Source of the DNA: Pelomyxa schiedti
Lineage: Eukaryota; Protista; Evosea
NCBI GenBank assembly: GCA_020536535.1
Contig: JAHLWZ010000643.1
Span: 1-32,307 of the forward strand
DNA: 32,307 nt
Direction of reading: 5' to 3'
The notes under the pieces were generated by a model. That model was not told the origin of the DNA. It saw nothing but the letters and a program-made list of their open reading frames with translations, and did no database searches. The number at the start of each line of letters is the position of its first letter. Position 1 is the stretch's first letter. Shown here in pieces: positions 20,229 to 32,044 of this stretch. The translations under genes were made by a program, and so were the position numbers.

Positions 20229-23200
20229 ATGACCAGCAGGGTGCCCGATGTTATCGCTGTGTTGGTTCTGATTGTAGCCCGTGCCGCGTGTGGGACTGCT
20301 GCACGGGGGGATGGCGAGGGCTACGGCGCGGGCGAGAGCGTGCGTGTGAGGCTGGAGGCGCTGCCCTCCCCCTCGCTGTCCTACGGGGACGAGATGTGGC
20401 TGAGCGCCGAGGTGGTCGGCTGGTCCCGCTCCCCCTCTGTCCACTCTCAATCTTCCGAGGACGGACAGGCACTGGCACTGGGACTGGGACTGGGCGCCAC
20501 GGCTGCTGGGGGCATCAGATTCGAGTTCTACAAGGACGGCTCAGTGTTTTGCACTAGCGAGGACGTGAATAGGAAGTTAGGGTGTGTGGCGGTGCAATTT
20601 TTTTTATGTATCTAATAGAGGGGCTACATAATTCCGGTTTGAAAATGATTTCTTTTAACAAAGCTTTTTAAGGAAATTCGCTCCGGATTATGGCGTGCAG
20701 TTTTTTCAGACCGACGACGAAGACGGACCAACTGTTGGGAAGGGGTTTTGCCGCCAATCAACAATTCACAAGGCATTTACGCGACTGGCCATATATGAGC
20801 CGGCTCCTTATGTGGACAAAGGATCAACCGAGAGCAGTTCGAGCCATCTGCGGTCTAGAAACGACAGCAACATTGCTACAAGCGCTATTTCCTTTTCATG
20901 CACAATGCAAAGTGACTCTGGCTCCTACTATGTTGTAGTCACATCCACCGTGCCTCTCAATGCGTCCACTAGCGGCGCAGACACTTCCAGTGATGGAGAT
21001 GGATACTACGTGATTGGCCGAAGCAATACTATTCTTGTTGGGATACATGGAACTTCAGCACACAAGCTAGTGCCACTTACCAACTATTATAGTGACGGCG
21101 TTGTCTATAGCACTACCACAAATATGTATAGCGTTGTACAGGAACCGCCTATGTTTATTCTTGAAGATACTGGTGGCGCACAGCATAGTGTAAATACATC
21201 GTTTTTGGAGGGATACGCACTGCGGGCTGATGACATGGCATCTGCCAATCTGTACCTATTGGATGACCGTGAACTGTATGATGGGTAGGTTGGCAAAACA
21301 CTTGGCATATCTTTAACGAAACTTAGAAATTATTCGGGTTTGTTGAACTGGATCCTGTTTGGCTCAGATGCAACTGGCTACGTGTTTGGATTTACCATGG
21401 TGGACACCTGTACTGAGTTGGTGAGAGATTACTTTCCCCAGAATTGCTCCAACTTTCCTCTTCCAGGATCCTGTACAAGTCATCGACTCAACTTCTTATT
21501 TCATGCCAATAGCAATCACCCTTCTTCTGGGCAGTGCCATACTTTTGTTAGGTGTAATATCTTGGATTATGCATGTGTGCATCATGCGAGTTCACTTGCG
21601 GGGACAAAGGGTACTATTCCTTGGTAATCGGAACCACTAAAAAAGATTGCTCAGGACGCATATCCAGGAATAAGAGACAACTTCACGTTTTTTTTCCGGT
21701 GGTTCTCTATCTTTATCAAACTTCCAATCAGCAAGGTATCATTCCTAAATTTTCGGTGGTAACAATTCTGAAGGTTGCCCAAAGATCTGGTGTTGACGCG
21801 GCTTTGTACCTTCAAGCTTCTTTTTTCAATTTTATTTTATGTGCCACTTTAACTGTAATTGGAATGGGTGTTCTCGTTCCAGTGTGTATTTCAGTGAAGT
21901 TCACTGTTTAATAACAAAGCTCAGATATATTCCTCCAGTGATGCCAATCCACTCCCACTCCTCAAGTTCACTTTCTTCAATTGTGACTTCGATTCAGCTC
22001 AAATGTACTGAAATGCACGTAAACTTAACACCTAAATATCATTCCCAAGGCCCTCTACTCACATTGAATTTAATACAGTTGGATAGTTTTCATAGCGAGC
22101 TGGATCATAACAATGCTGGCTGTCATCACTTTGGTGTTTGCGCGCTTGTACACCTCAAAATGGCGACAGACGTAGTCTCTGCATTTCTTGGGTTTCATGT
22201 TCCTCAATAAGCTTCTAGATATTTACGCAATACTCCAAATCCTAGTGACTATACTGTGTGGATAAAGGGTGTTCCAAACACTGTCTCACAAGAAGCGTTA
22301 TCAAAATTCATATCCGAAAAGTACTACCCACTTTGTAACTTTTGGAGGCTTTAGCTTAAGCAAAGGTATTCTGCGGAAGTTGTTGTGCGTGTACTCCCTC
22401 GTTTAGACAGACTGATCCCAATTTCTGAGAAGAAAAAAGCTTTGCACAAGAAGTTGGATGAACTGAAGGGACACTCTCCTGACGATTTGTAAATGCCCAC
22501 TTCTTCTCATTGTTGTTTACAATCTCCCCAATAAAGAATCGAGAGAGTCCCTTATGCACCTTGGCGGAAGCGTAATTCAATACAGGTCATTCAATCAAAA
22601 ATTGCAGCAGTACAAGCAGAGTTTCACCAAGCACTCAACAAATCGTGCTCTACAGGTGTGGCTCTTGCCACATTCACTTCCCCCAAAGAAGCTGCCGCAT
22701 TTCTGCAGGATTTCAACAATGGGAATATCTCTGAACACATCGTGGGTGACAAGAAATAGGTGTTTCATTCTCTTCTAAATTCTGTTACCCACAGGTGAGG
22801 AGCAACAAGTGGTCAACTGTTTGGTGGGCTCCAGCTCCCAGTGATTTACTGTGGGAAAATTTGCATGTTGGTAGAGTGCAACGTGGACTCCGAATACTTT
22901 TCGGTTGGCTTGCAAAGCTCTTCCTCTCTTTTGTATTTTATTCCTTTTGCTATTGGGCTTGCTCTTATCAATTCTACCTTGTATGCGTCTTTGCAAAAAA
23001 AAAGAGTAAATTTGGTCATAACAATTAATAGGCACACTTCTTTCCAAGTCTTGGAGATTCCACTCTCCAAATACTTATCAATGGATTCAACATGGTTCTG
23101 GTTGGCATCATAGTTCTAGCTAACACCGCGTTGCCGGTTCTCATGAAAAAAATAACAACTTTGGAAGCTTTCCACACCAGGTAATGAGCAACAACTGTCT

Positions 23201-25260
23201 TCTCATTTGACGCCCAAAAGAGTTGGTTTCAATATCAGTGCAACTTTTTCTTCCTACTTACTTGTGATTGTACCGCTCACTCTGCTACCAGTTTTTGTTC
23301 TCTATCCTTACAAGACAGTACATTCCTTTTTTTTTTTGTTTTCCCCTTATGTTGAAAAGATGCTTGGATATTTAGCCACTGACGACGAAGTGACTAACTT
23401 CCAGGAATTTCTTGGATGCTTGTTTTTTATTCAGCTTATCATTCAAGTAAATATAATTATATCATCTTGACTGTGACCAACTTCCATTAGTCTGCATTAC
23501 AACAGCCTGCCCTGTGCCTTATGAACATTTCATTTCTGAGAACAGTGATTTCGCACCTTTTTAAAAGGATGTTCTGCTTTTCATGTTATGGCTGTGGTTC
23601 AGACGACGGAGCCTGCTTTTTTGGTGCCGAACTAGCCCTAAAGCTAAAAAGACTCAGCAAAGACAAGCCAGCCTTCGACTTTTTGTTTCACTGTCTGCTT
23701 TCTTTATCGTAATAAAGACTGACTGGGTTTTTTAACAGATATACTACAGTTGCTTATTCTGTCTCTAGCGCTGCAAGCCTCCACCTTCTTCCCATTGATC
23801 CTGCCTTGCTGTTGTCTGTACTTTGGTCTTCAATGGTTTGTAGACAAGTATAACATCCTTTACGTCTGCAAGCCAGTACCCAACTCTCCTTCGCTGTTAA
23901 AGTAATCCCTTTCCAACACAATAGGCAATCCCCTAACGTTCCACTCAAGGATTGCGTCATGCTGTATGCTTCTGTCAATCACAAATTCCTGGATGGGAGC
24001 AATGTATATATCATACCTAACGGAAAGGAATTACAAACTTGCAACCGGCCTCTCCGTGGCACTTGTATTCCTTGCAATTGTCTTTGCAGTTGTGCTCAGA
24101 GTTGGATTACGCTGCTGGGGAGCATGCTGTGCCTGTTGTTTTGGAGAAAAATTCTGGCAATCTATCCCTGTGTACGGACTTGCCGGGACTCCAAGACACA
24201 CCCACGCAAGACGGAGCAGAGGGATGCNNNNNNNNNNNNNNNNNNNNNNNNNNNNNNNNNNNNNNNNNNNNNNNNNNNNNNNNNNNNNNNNNNNNNNNNN
24301 NNNNNNNNNNNNNNNNNNNNNNNNNNNTTACGCTGCTGGGGAGCATGCTGTGCCTGTTGTTTTGGAGAAAAATTCTGGCAATCTATCCCTGTGTACGGAC
24401 TTGCCGGGACTCCAAGACACACCCACGCAAGACGGAGCAGAGGGATGCTAGACAGTGACCTATTTGCCAGCTTCCGGGGATTTGAAGGTATCGAAGCCGC
24501 AGTAGCGGCCAACCAACCCAGACCCGCCGGACCCTTGAATGATGACTACGTGCGATTCAGGACCCCGAACAGGAACAACGACAACTACGGCGAGGACGAT
24601 CACAGTGACGGCAGCTCTTCCTCCTCCAGCACAGCCACAGCCACATCCACATCCACCGCATCATCAGCTTCTACTACCGCATCAGCAGCACCAGGAGATG
24701 TGTGGGTAGGAGAAGACAATTCGCCGGAAGAAATGACAGCAGAGCCGCTTCTGCCCAGCACACAGCAACAACAACAGCAGGCCACAGCCAACAACAACGC
24801 GGCGGCGGCGGCGCCGGCTTCCCGCGGAATCATTCTCGGCGGAGTGGACAATGATGACATGGTAGAGGACGACCTCGCCACCCACGCCGTATTCGAGGCC
24901 ACGGCGCAGAAGGTGGCGGCGCAGTACCGCATGCCCGTGGACCTGTCCGGCTGGGACACCGGCGACGAGGACCAGCCCGCGTACCACCCCGCGACGGCGC
25001 TCCGCCACACCCTCAACATGTCATACAACATAGGTGGCAGCAACACCAGCGCCGCCAGCACCGGCAACATCACTGGGAGAAGCAACTCCACAAGCCCACC
25101 ACCTCCGGTAAATCAGGACGACGAGGACAACAGCGGACCACCTTCGCACAATAGAACGCCATCATCCGCACAACAAACACCAACACTAACAACAGCTACC
25201 GCAACAACCGCAACCACAACACCAACAGTCACAGAGGAATTCTGGCAGCCACGGGACTGA
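20229..25260 (+). CDS. OSCA/TMEM63/CSC1-family mechanosensitive cation channel with signal peptide, ~350-aa extracellular N-terminal domain and long disordered C-tail; interrupted by a spurious gap
   Basis: Signal peptide (VIAVLVLIVARAACG) and frame-consistent splicing from the ectodomain into TM0 (AITLLLGSAILLLGVISWIMHV), then FFRWFSIFIKLPISK|VAQRSGVDAALYL, PSDYTVWIKGVP, TGVALATF and WAPAPSDLLWENL, followed by multiple TM exons. Stop TGA at 25258-25260. Confidence 0.88.
24107..24448. repeat. Exact 121-nt duplication flanking a 100-N gap (unmerged contig overlap; assembly artefact)
   Basis: 24107-24227 is identical to 24328-24448. Collapsing the copies restores one continuous frame (VGLRCWGACCACCF...RSRGMLDSDLF). 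Confidence 0.9.
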
Positions 25261-25490
25261 CCGGGTTTGTGCCTCACTGTATTACACCTTTGTCTTGTCA
25301 TGTACTCTGCTTTTTTTTTTTTAATTCCACCAAAAGAAACAACATAAATTCAAAATTCAGAGAACTTGTTTTGTTTTTTTACAATAGGGGTGGGGGACTG
25401 TGTTGAGACCTCCACATCGTAATGGAGTTTATTTGTTAGCCAAGTAGCCTTCAACAAGCAAGGTAAATCAATCACACATCAACCCAGGGA

Positions 25491-26860
25491 TTATATCTGA
25501 GCACCACCCAGCTTTGAGTCCACGAATTCCTTCCACTTCTGAGGCACAGTGGCACCCCACTCCAGAAGTATGTTAGCCACTGACATCTGGCTTCCCTCCA
25601 CGGCAACTACAAGCGGAGTGGCGCTGTTGTCTGTGCGGCCTTTGTTGGGGTCGGCCTTGCCTTGCTTGAGTAGCGCCAGTACCACGCCCTCGTGGCCGTT
25701 CTGGGACGCGATGAACAGCGGGGTGGCGCCGTCGACGATGCGGGCGCGGTCGGCCTCGGCGTGGCCAATGGTGAGCAGTAGGTTGACGACTTCCTCGTGG
25801 CCGTTCTGCGATGCTATGTACAGTGGTGTAGCCCCGGTTGATGTCAGCGCTCGGTTTGCATCCGCGTGGCCTGTGAATTTGAATTTGTGTGATTAATCAA
25901 TGCCGGGGTCTAATATTCATTTATTGAAATCAAAATTATAAAGAAATCTAGGTATTTGAATTGGCCTAGAATTGGTAATTTAATCAAGTTACTTTAGTAG
26001 TCATAATGATATTTATTAAAATGTATCGGGTGTACCTTCTTTTAGTAATATTTCAACTACGCCACGTCTGCCGTTTTCAGAAGCCATATACAGGGGTGTT
26101 GCACCGTTATCTGTTCTAGCCTTATCAACATCCGCTCTCCCAACAGTAATTAAAGCGCGAACAACAGCCTCATGACCGTTCTGTGACGAGATAAACAGCG
26201 GAGTAGCCCCAGTCTGGTTCAGTGCCCTGTTTGCATCACACCTTCCTACAATGTAAGGTTTAACACTAACCACCAAATACAGGCCCACCAAACCAAAGTA
26301 CAATATATTGATATTAATAACCATAAGATACAGAGACCAACTTAATATCCACACTACAATAACTAAACCCCCAAGTGCAAAAAAATGCCAACAACAACAA
26401 CAAAAACCAAGACATACAGATAAAACCCATCCCATAACCACAACCCAACACACGCACAGCAGGCACATGCGGCAGGCGTACCGGTAGCCAGTAGGGCGTT
26501 TACGACGCCCTCCCTGCCGTTCTCGCACGCGATGTACAGCGGCGTCGCCCCGATGTGCCTCGCCCTGTTCACGTCGATGTGGGGCACCCCGAGCAGCGCG
26601 TTGACGATGGCCAGGTGCCCCCGCTCGCACGCCACGTACAGCGCCGTCGCCCCGCACGACGCCACCGGCTCGTTGATGCGCTCGGCCCCGCCGGGGGCGC
26701 CCAGCAGCCGGCGCAGCTCCGGGAGGTCCCCCGACGACACGGCCTGGAACACCGTCCCCGTGGCGTTGGCCGCCATGCCCCCCCCCGGCGCCTCCCGCTC
26801 CCTGTCCCTCTCCCCGTCTCGCTCGCGCTCCCCCCTCGGTGCCTGCCCGCGCCCCGCCAT
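25491..26860 (-). CDS. Ankyrin-repeat protein (about 8 repeats, 3 exons)
   Basis: Repeated GATPLYIA.xNGH..VV..LL motifs in exon 1 (~26482-26860), exon 2 (~26036-26245) and exon 3 (25491-~25871), joined by phase-1 introns. The start is 26860 or the in-frame Met at about 26776. Confidence 0.92.
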
Positions 26861-27018
26861 TGCCCAATAGTCGCACACTAGGAGTTCCTGTGTACCTTAA
26901 GAGCAGGAAATAATTTGTGCTTCTTTTTTGTCGAGGAACAGCTCTCTCAGCATGGGGAGCAACAAATTAACTGGAGAGCAAACAGGCCCAATGTGAGGGT
27001 TTTTTTGTTGGTCATAAA

Positions 27019-28162
27019 TTAGGGGTGCATCTTGAGGGAAGATGGGCAACTGTAAAGGTGAGGGCAGGCCGTTTGTATCTGAGCAATGAAGTCCCTCACA
27101 GCTGACAGTGGTACATTCTCACACAAGTGCACATCGAGCTCAGTGCGGTATCCCCATGGTGGCATCTGTGCTTCTGTTACAATGTATACAACCATTAAAA
27201 AGAGCTCTACATACAATTACAGAAAGCTTGAGAACCCTGAAATCTTCTGTAACTATCGGCATTTCTTCATAGTGCCATTGTTTCGAGCAGCAACACTTGG
27301 GTTGAATGAGTTAAATGTTCATTGAAAGGGTGCGGGATTGTACGCAATAGCAGGCCAAGCAGCAGCAACCAGGAGGCCTCTTAGCCATAACTAGAGCGGT
27401 TTCATCTGTTTGGGTTTTGGAGTAGAAAGATATTCCCCTCATGGCCTGCAGGGGCACAGCTTGAAATTTGGTATAGTCACCAATTTTGGTTCCAACAGAA
27501 TAGCCCCGCTGGTCAGCTGGAGGCTTGCAACAGCGCCGAGCTTGGTTTACAGCTTGCTTTGACAGTGAAGCCTCTTGTTTAAAGTTTAGGAGCATTCGTG
27601 CAACAAAGTGGGAGTTACCTTCAGAAAACACCACAGTGAGGAATAGAATTCTCATTGTAGAAGCCAGCATCCTGCCGGGTGGCCAGCTCTCATTGTGCTC
27701 AGGCAAATCCACGTTCGAGATCATAACTCTGTCAAATGGCAAGAAGTGTGGGTTCCCATCTGGAGTTACTAGCAATGGCCTCTCCGGCTCAGACATAAGA
27801 CCTCTCAGCAAATCATCATAAGACATTTTATTCTTGACGGAATGATGTGTCTCCCTGGTGTGCCTCACTATCACACAATCCGTTAGAGGGGGGAAAAAAA
27901 AAATTAATAAGAGGGAAGGCTCTCTCCACATACCGATATCACCCAGAGCCTCAGTGATAGTATCCTTGAGAATCCTTGAACTGTGGTGCAGCCGAGGCAG
28001 TTCCCTGTGGTACAGAGACTTTGAGGAGGGGTCGTACTCGGGCAGCTCACCCCTGGCAATTACAGCCTCAGGAACCGGCACCATTGGGATTTCACCAGTC
28101 ACGGGTGACGCCTCCTCGTGTGCTGACGTCATCTTCGCCGCCGCCGTGTCATCGTCGCTCAT
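27019..28162 (-). CDS. Hypothetical protein, possible PH/GRAM-like fold with cysteine-string segments; about 5 exons
   Basis: 283-codon ORF starting MSDDD that includes an in-frame 66-nt intron (27868-27933). GRMLASTMRILFLT resembles the PH-like G.l.lT..RllF motif. Splicing continues PPGCCCLACYC|CCCSKQW...LKLSVI|MPPWGY...AVRDFIAQIQ...KMHP*. Confidence 0.65.
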
Positions 28163-28584
28163 TCTCGTACGCGTATCGTGTGCTCTCAGAGATCCGATTG
28201 TCTATCTCTCCTGACCAACTGAGTTGACTTGTATTCCTTTTTTTTTTTTTTTTGTTTCCCCACGTTCTACGGCCAACTCAATGGAACGATCTCCCGCCTT
28301 TTTTTGTTGGGGTTATCTGCTCTCTCTTGTTTTGTGGGGTCTGTGTGGGTTGTCCTCTTACTTTCCTCTTGTGTTGTGGCTGATTTGTTGTGTAAATTGA
28401 TTTACAGGTGTCGCGTGTCGGTACGCGTGTCGTTCGTTGTTGTTTGATTTTAAGTTTGATGTCGGCGTTAAGTGATTTCCTATTTTGACAGGTAACAAAC
28501 TTTGATTGGTTTTGATGAGTGGACTGTGATTGGCCTTGTGGTTTAGAAGGTTTGTTAAAATGGGTGAAAAACGAATGTCATGTT

Positions 28585-29560
28585 TTAGATAAGTTTTTTC
28601 TTTGAGAAGTAGTATTTGAGGTACACAATCTGCCATACAGTGGATAGAACCAAAACAACAAGGGAGAATATGGACAGCCATGCAGCACGTGAGTTAGTTG
28701 ATTCTACAGTAAAGGTTAGATATGCATTGGTTGTTGGTAATTACCATTTAAGTTGCGGAGTTCCTTCTCGCGCTCTTTAAGGTAGGCAGTTTCTGATTCA
28801 ATAACCTCACACTCATTCTCGATTCTTCTCAGTTTGATTTCAATTGGCTTCGAACACAGTGAGAGAGGAGTGGAAAATATTGTTGTAATAACCTTTAAGT
28901 TCTCCTTCTTTGCAAGCTCCGAGAAATCTACATCCAAAACCGATGATCCTGTATTTATCACCACCTTAACTGTTCTAGGCACTTGCCCTCTGCCCCCTTT
29001 TACGAGTTACCGGCATGATGGAGTAAAAATAACTACCTCCTCTATAAGAATCCTGGAAGCAAAACTGCAGCTCCCCGCTCTCAGTGGGCACGTAGTCAAA
29101 AACGCCAGACCCGGTCATCTCTGACTGCCTCAGCACTTCATGTCCAGAACCATCCGCGATCTGAAGAACAAAGGCAATTAGCATAAACCAAACACTTATG
29201 TGATCAATATATGAATACAAACCCGCAAAATGAGTTCTCTGGTGTCCTCCTGATTGCCAGCCACGGTCTCAAACGTACCCGTGACCGGAATATTCTTTTT
29301 TTTTTTATATGAGTGGATGTGGTCGCGGGATTCAATTTTTGAATTGAATTGTGTGTCCCATAACTAACTCAAATAACAATAACACAGAGTGAGTGTCGTT
29401 TGATCGGTACTACCTTCCTGACTTCTTCGCCAATGCAACGGGGTCTCCCAAAAGGAATGTCGAAAACGAGGCCCTCGCCCCCAATCGCCGCGAACACAAC
29501 AACCAACATAATCGCCGCAACGACGGCACCCCGCATCCGCCTCGCTGTCGCCTGCCGCAT
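28585..29560 (-). CDS. TMED10: p24/emp24/gp25L family GOLD-domain cargo receptor (p24-delta, TMED10/Erv25-like), about 6 exons
   Basis: Signal peptide; GOLD domain (LVFDI...RCIGEEV...GELQFCF); DFSELAKKENLK|PIEIKLRRIE...AYLKEREKELRNLN|ESTNSR; TM helix; C-terminal YFSKKKLI* with a KKxx retrieval motif. Confidence 0.92.
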
Positions 29561-29881
29561 CGTCACCCCCCACCTTTTTTAGTTTTTCTTTGGTGACTGG
29601 AATCTGAACAAGATGGGAGGGCTTGGGATCTGGAGCAACCATTGACACTGTGCTAGTGAAGTAGCTCCTCATGGTTGACATGCACCCTCTTGGGTAGAGC
29701 ACGAAGTGAATCAATACTTGGTTCCAAGAAGATTATTCCGAATGTGATGAGACCAGGTGCTGAAATGTGACGTTAAAGCCCTGCTGGGATTTAAATACAA
29801 ACTCGGTAACATAATTTTAAAGAAAGTCATAAAAACCCAACCAACCTACCTAACAACAATCAAACAACGAGTACTACAACA

Positions 29882-30696
29882 ATGAACCCACTGGAGGAGT
29901 TTATCAGGGAGATTACGCAAGAACTCGACATCCCTCTGCGACCGTGGTGCCCCGGATCTTCTTCTTTGTCGTCGCAACAACAAGGAGAGTGTGACCACAG
30001 GCACGAAGACGTTGCCGGGCTCGCGACACTGAAGAAAGGCTCCAACGCGCGCGAGCAATTTGCTGCGTTGGCGTTGCTGTCGCATCCCAGGTGTGGGTCT
30101 GTTGCTAACCAGAGGAAGATGGTGCCAACGGTGGTGACTTCAACTGGCGAGAAGCGCAGTTCCAAGAAGAACAAGGGTGGCAAGAAGAGCAAGCACACAA
30201 GAACCGAGCAGATACGCGCAACTGAGGAGCATGGTGACAGTGTTGCTCAAGTGGGGGATGGAGAGGGTGGGATGATGTCTGTGGATTGGCCGGTGCTTCT
30301 GAGGACTTTGTGGGAATGGTGTGTGGACAGGCACACGAGGGCGTTTTACTGGGTTGTGGCGGCTGATGACGGCAACGTGCTGACAACGTTCAGCGTGTGC
30401 ACTGCTACTATGGGTGTTGTGAGGGAAGCCGAGGGCTGGTGGTGTGGGTCAGGAGCAACGCATTGCCTTATTTCCGGCAACAGGGATGTGAGAGTCAGGA
30501 CGGCAACTTGGGGAAACATGAAGATGTGCCATTATTTTAGTCTGACATCTGCGCCACAGTACAGCAGGTGCATCGTGAGGGATCACAGCCGGATACGTTC
30601 TGGAATGAGTAGCAATGAGGCCAATCACAAGTGGTGGGTTAATTATGATGGTGCCGCATCTGTCAGTGTTGCAAGCCTGGCGACTTTCAACCAGCC
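29882..30696 (+). CDS. Hypothetical protein of a lineage-expanded family (NAREQFAALALLSHPRCGS...LWEW...NHKWWV); 3'-truncated by the gap
   Basis: Intronless open frame of about 270 codons running into the N gap. The motifs recall a large Pelomyxa-type hypothetical family (from memory, not verified). Confidence 0.65.
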
Positions 30697-30796
30697 NNNN
30701 NNNNNNNNNNNNNNNNNNNNNNNNNNNNNNNNNNNNNNNNNNNNNNNNNNNNNNNNNNNNNNNNNNNNNNNNNNNNNNNNNNNNNNNNNNNNNNNN
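30697..30796. other. Scaffold gap (100 N) hiding the 3' ends of two convergent genes
   Basis: Run of 100 N with open frames approaching from both sides. Confidence 0.95.
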
Positions 30797-30931
30797 TCAA
30801 CGGGTGTTGGGGAATCAACAAGCGGTTGTGCTTGTGAACGATCACAAACACCCCGTTGATCTTGATGACAGATTCGTTTTGATTCTATCTTAAAATGAGA
30901 ACAGAATTAAAATTAATTCTGGCAAAAGAAC

Positions 30932-32044
30932 TCACTTACCATCAGGGCAGAAAGAGCTTTGATGTTCCGTTCCCGAGATAACCCCAGCTGTATCCCCGCA
31001 ACAGGAGGTATTTCCGAGGAGGATCTTTGCAGCCTCTCTGTGACCCCTCTCAGCAGCCTTGCTCAACCACAAGTGCGACTTCTCTGCGTTGCGGTCGACA
31101 CCATCACCATCCCTGAGACACACACCAAGCTGAAACATCGAAACTTGATCACCAGCCTCAGCACCAATCTCAAAATACCGAGCAGCAGCCCTCTTGTCCA
31201 ATGGGATCCCACAATCGCCCCTCTGGAACCACTCCCCCAGCTCCCTAAATGCCTCTGCACCCTCAGGCCAACTCTTGGCCTCATCATACCACGCACACGC
31301 CTTGTTGGGATCCTCTGTGACGCCAAGGCCCCTCTCAAAGCAGCATCCCAGGTACACCTTCGCCTTTGTAAAGTTATGCTCCTCCACAGCTTCCCTGATC
31401 AACCTGAATCCCATCGCCACGCTCCTCTCCTCGACGCCGCAGCCCCACAAGTAGCACCACCCAAGGGGCACCGCCTCATACGCGTGGTAAGCCTGCACGA
31501 GGAGCTCGCCGGCCCTGGCCCAGTCCCGTGCCACTCCCTCGCCTCGCAGGAAGCACACAGCCGCCAGCCACGAGTACTTCCTGTTTGTGGCGCTCGCGCG
31601 GAGGTACAGCTCCACTGCCCGGCGAGGGTCGCGGTCCACACCCACGCCGTGCTGGTAGCACCGCCCGAGCCACGCCATCGCGTCCTCGCTGCCCAGCTCC
31701 ACGGCCTTGTTCCACGCGGACACTGCCCTGTCGATGTTGCCGCAGCCCCCGCCGCCTTGTGGGGGGAAGTAGTGGGCGCAGCCGACTTGCCACAGTCCGG
31801 AGCTGCTGCCCACCGTCACGCACAGGCGCTCGGCTTTGTCCAGGTCACGGGTGACGCCGTACACGCCGTTGATGTAACACCCGGCGAGCTGGGACATGGC
31901 ATATGTGTGACCGGCCTCGGCGGCCTTTTCCAGCAGCGCCACTGCCTTTTCGGGACCCTCGTCGCCTCTGCTGTGCAAATACATGTGCTGATGTGCACTC
32001 TGGAGCAGTTCGTCTGGTGTTGGTGTGGATGTGGTGGCCCCCAT
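30932..32044 (-). CDS. Sel1-like repeat protein (about 8-9 repeats) with N-terminal myristoylation motif; probably continues via an intron toward the gap
   Basis: Starts MGATTS at 32044. Repeats such as AMAWLGRCYQHGVGVDRDPRRAVELYLRAS and SMFQLGVCLRDGDGVDRNAEKSHLWLSKAAERGH. The apparent stop lies inside a perfect donor, G|GTAAGT, at 30939. Confidence 0.92.
   Translation of the reverse strand: MGATTSTPTPDELLQSAHQHMYLHSRGDEGPEKAVALLEKAAEAGHTYAMSQLAGCYINGVYGVTRDLDKAERLCVTVGSSSGLWQVGCAHYFPPQGGGGCGNIDRAVSAWNKAVELGSEDAMAWLGRCYQHGVGVDRDPRRAVELYLRASATNRKYSWLAAVCFLRGEGVARDWARAGELLVQAYHAYEAVPLGWCYLWGCGVEERSVAMGFRLIREAVEEHNFTKAKVYLGCCFERGLGVTEDPNKACAWYDEAKSWPEGAEAFRELGEWFQRGDCGIPLDKRAAARYFEIGAEAGDQVSMFQLGVCLRDGDGVDRNAEKSHLWLSKAAERGHREAAKILLGNTSCCGDTAGVISGTEHQSSFCPDGK

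Noticed and set aside
24107-24448. Apparent internal tandem duplication in the OSCA gene
   Set aside because: The copies are identical and sit exactly at the contig ends around a 100-N gap; collapsing them restores the frame, so this is an assembly artefact.
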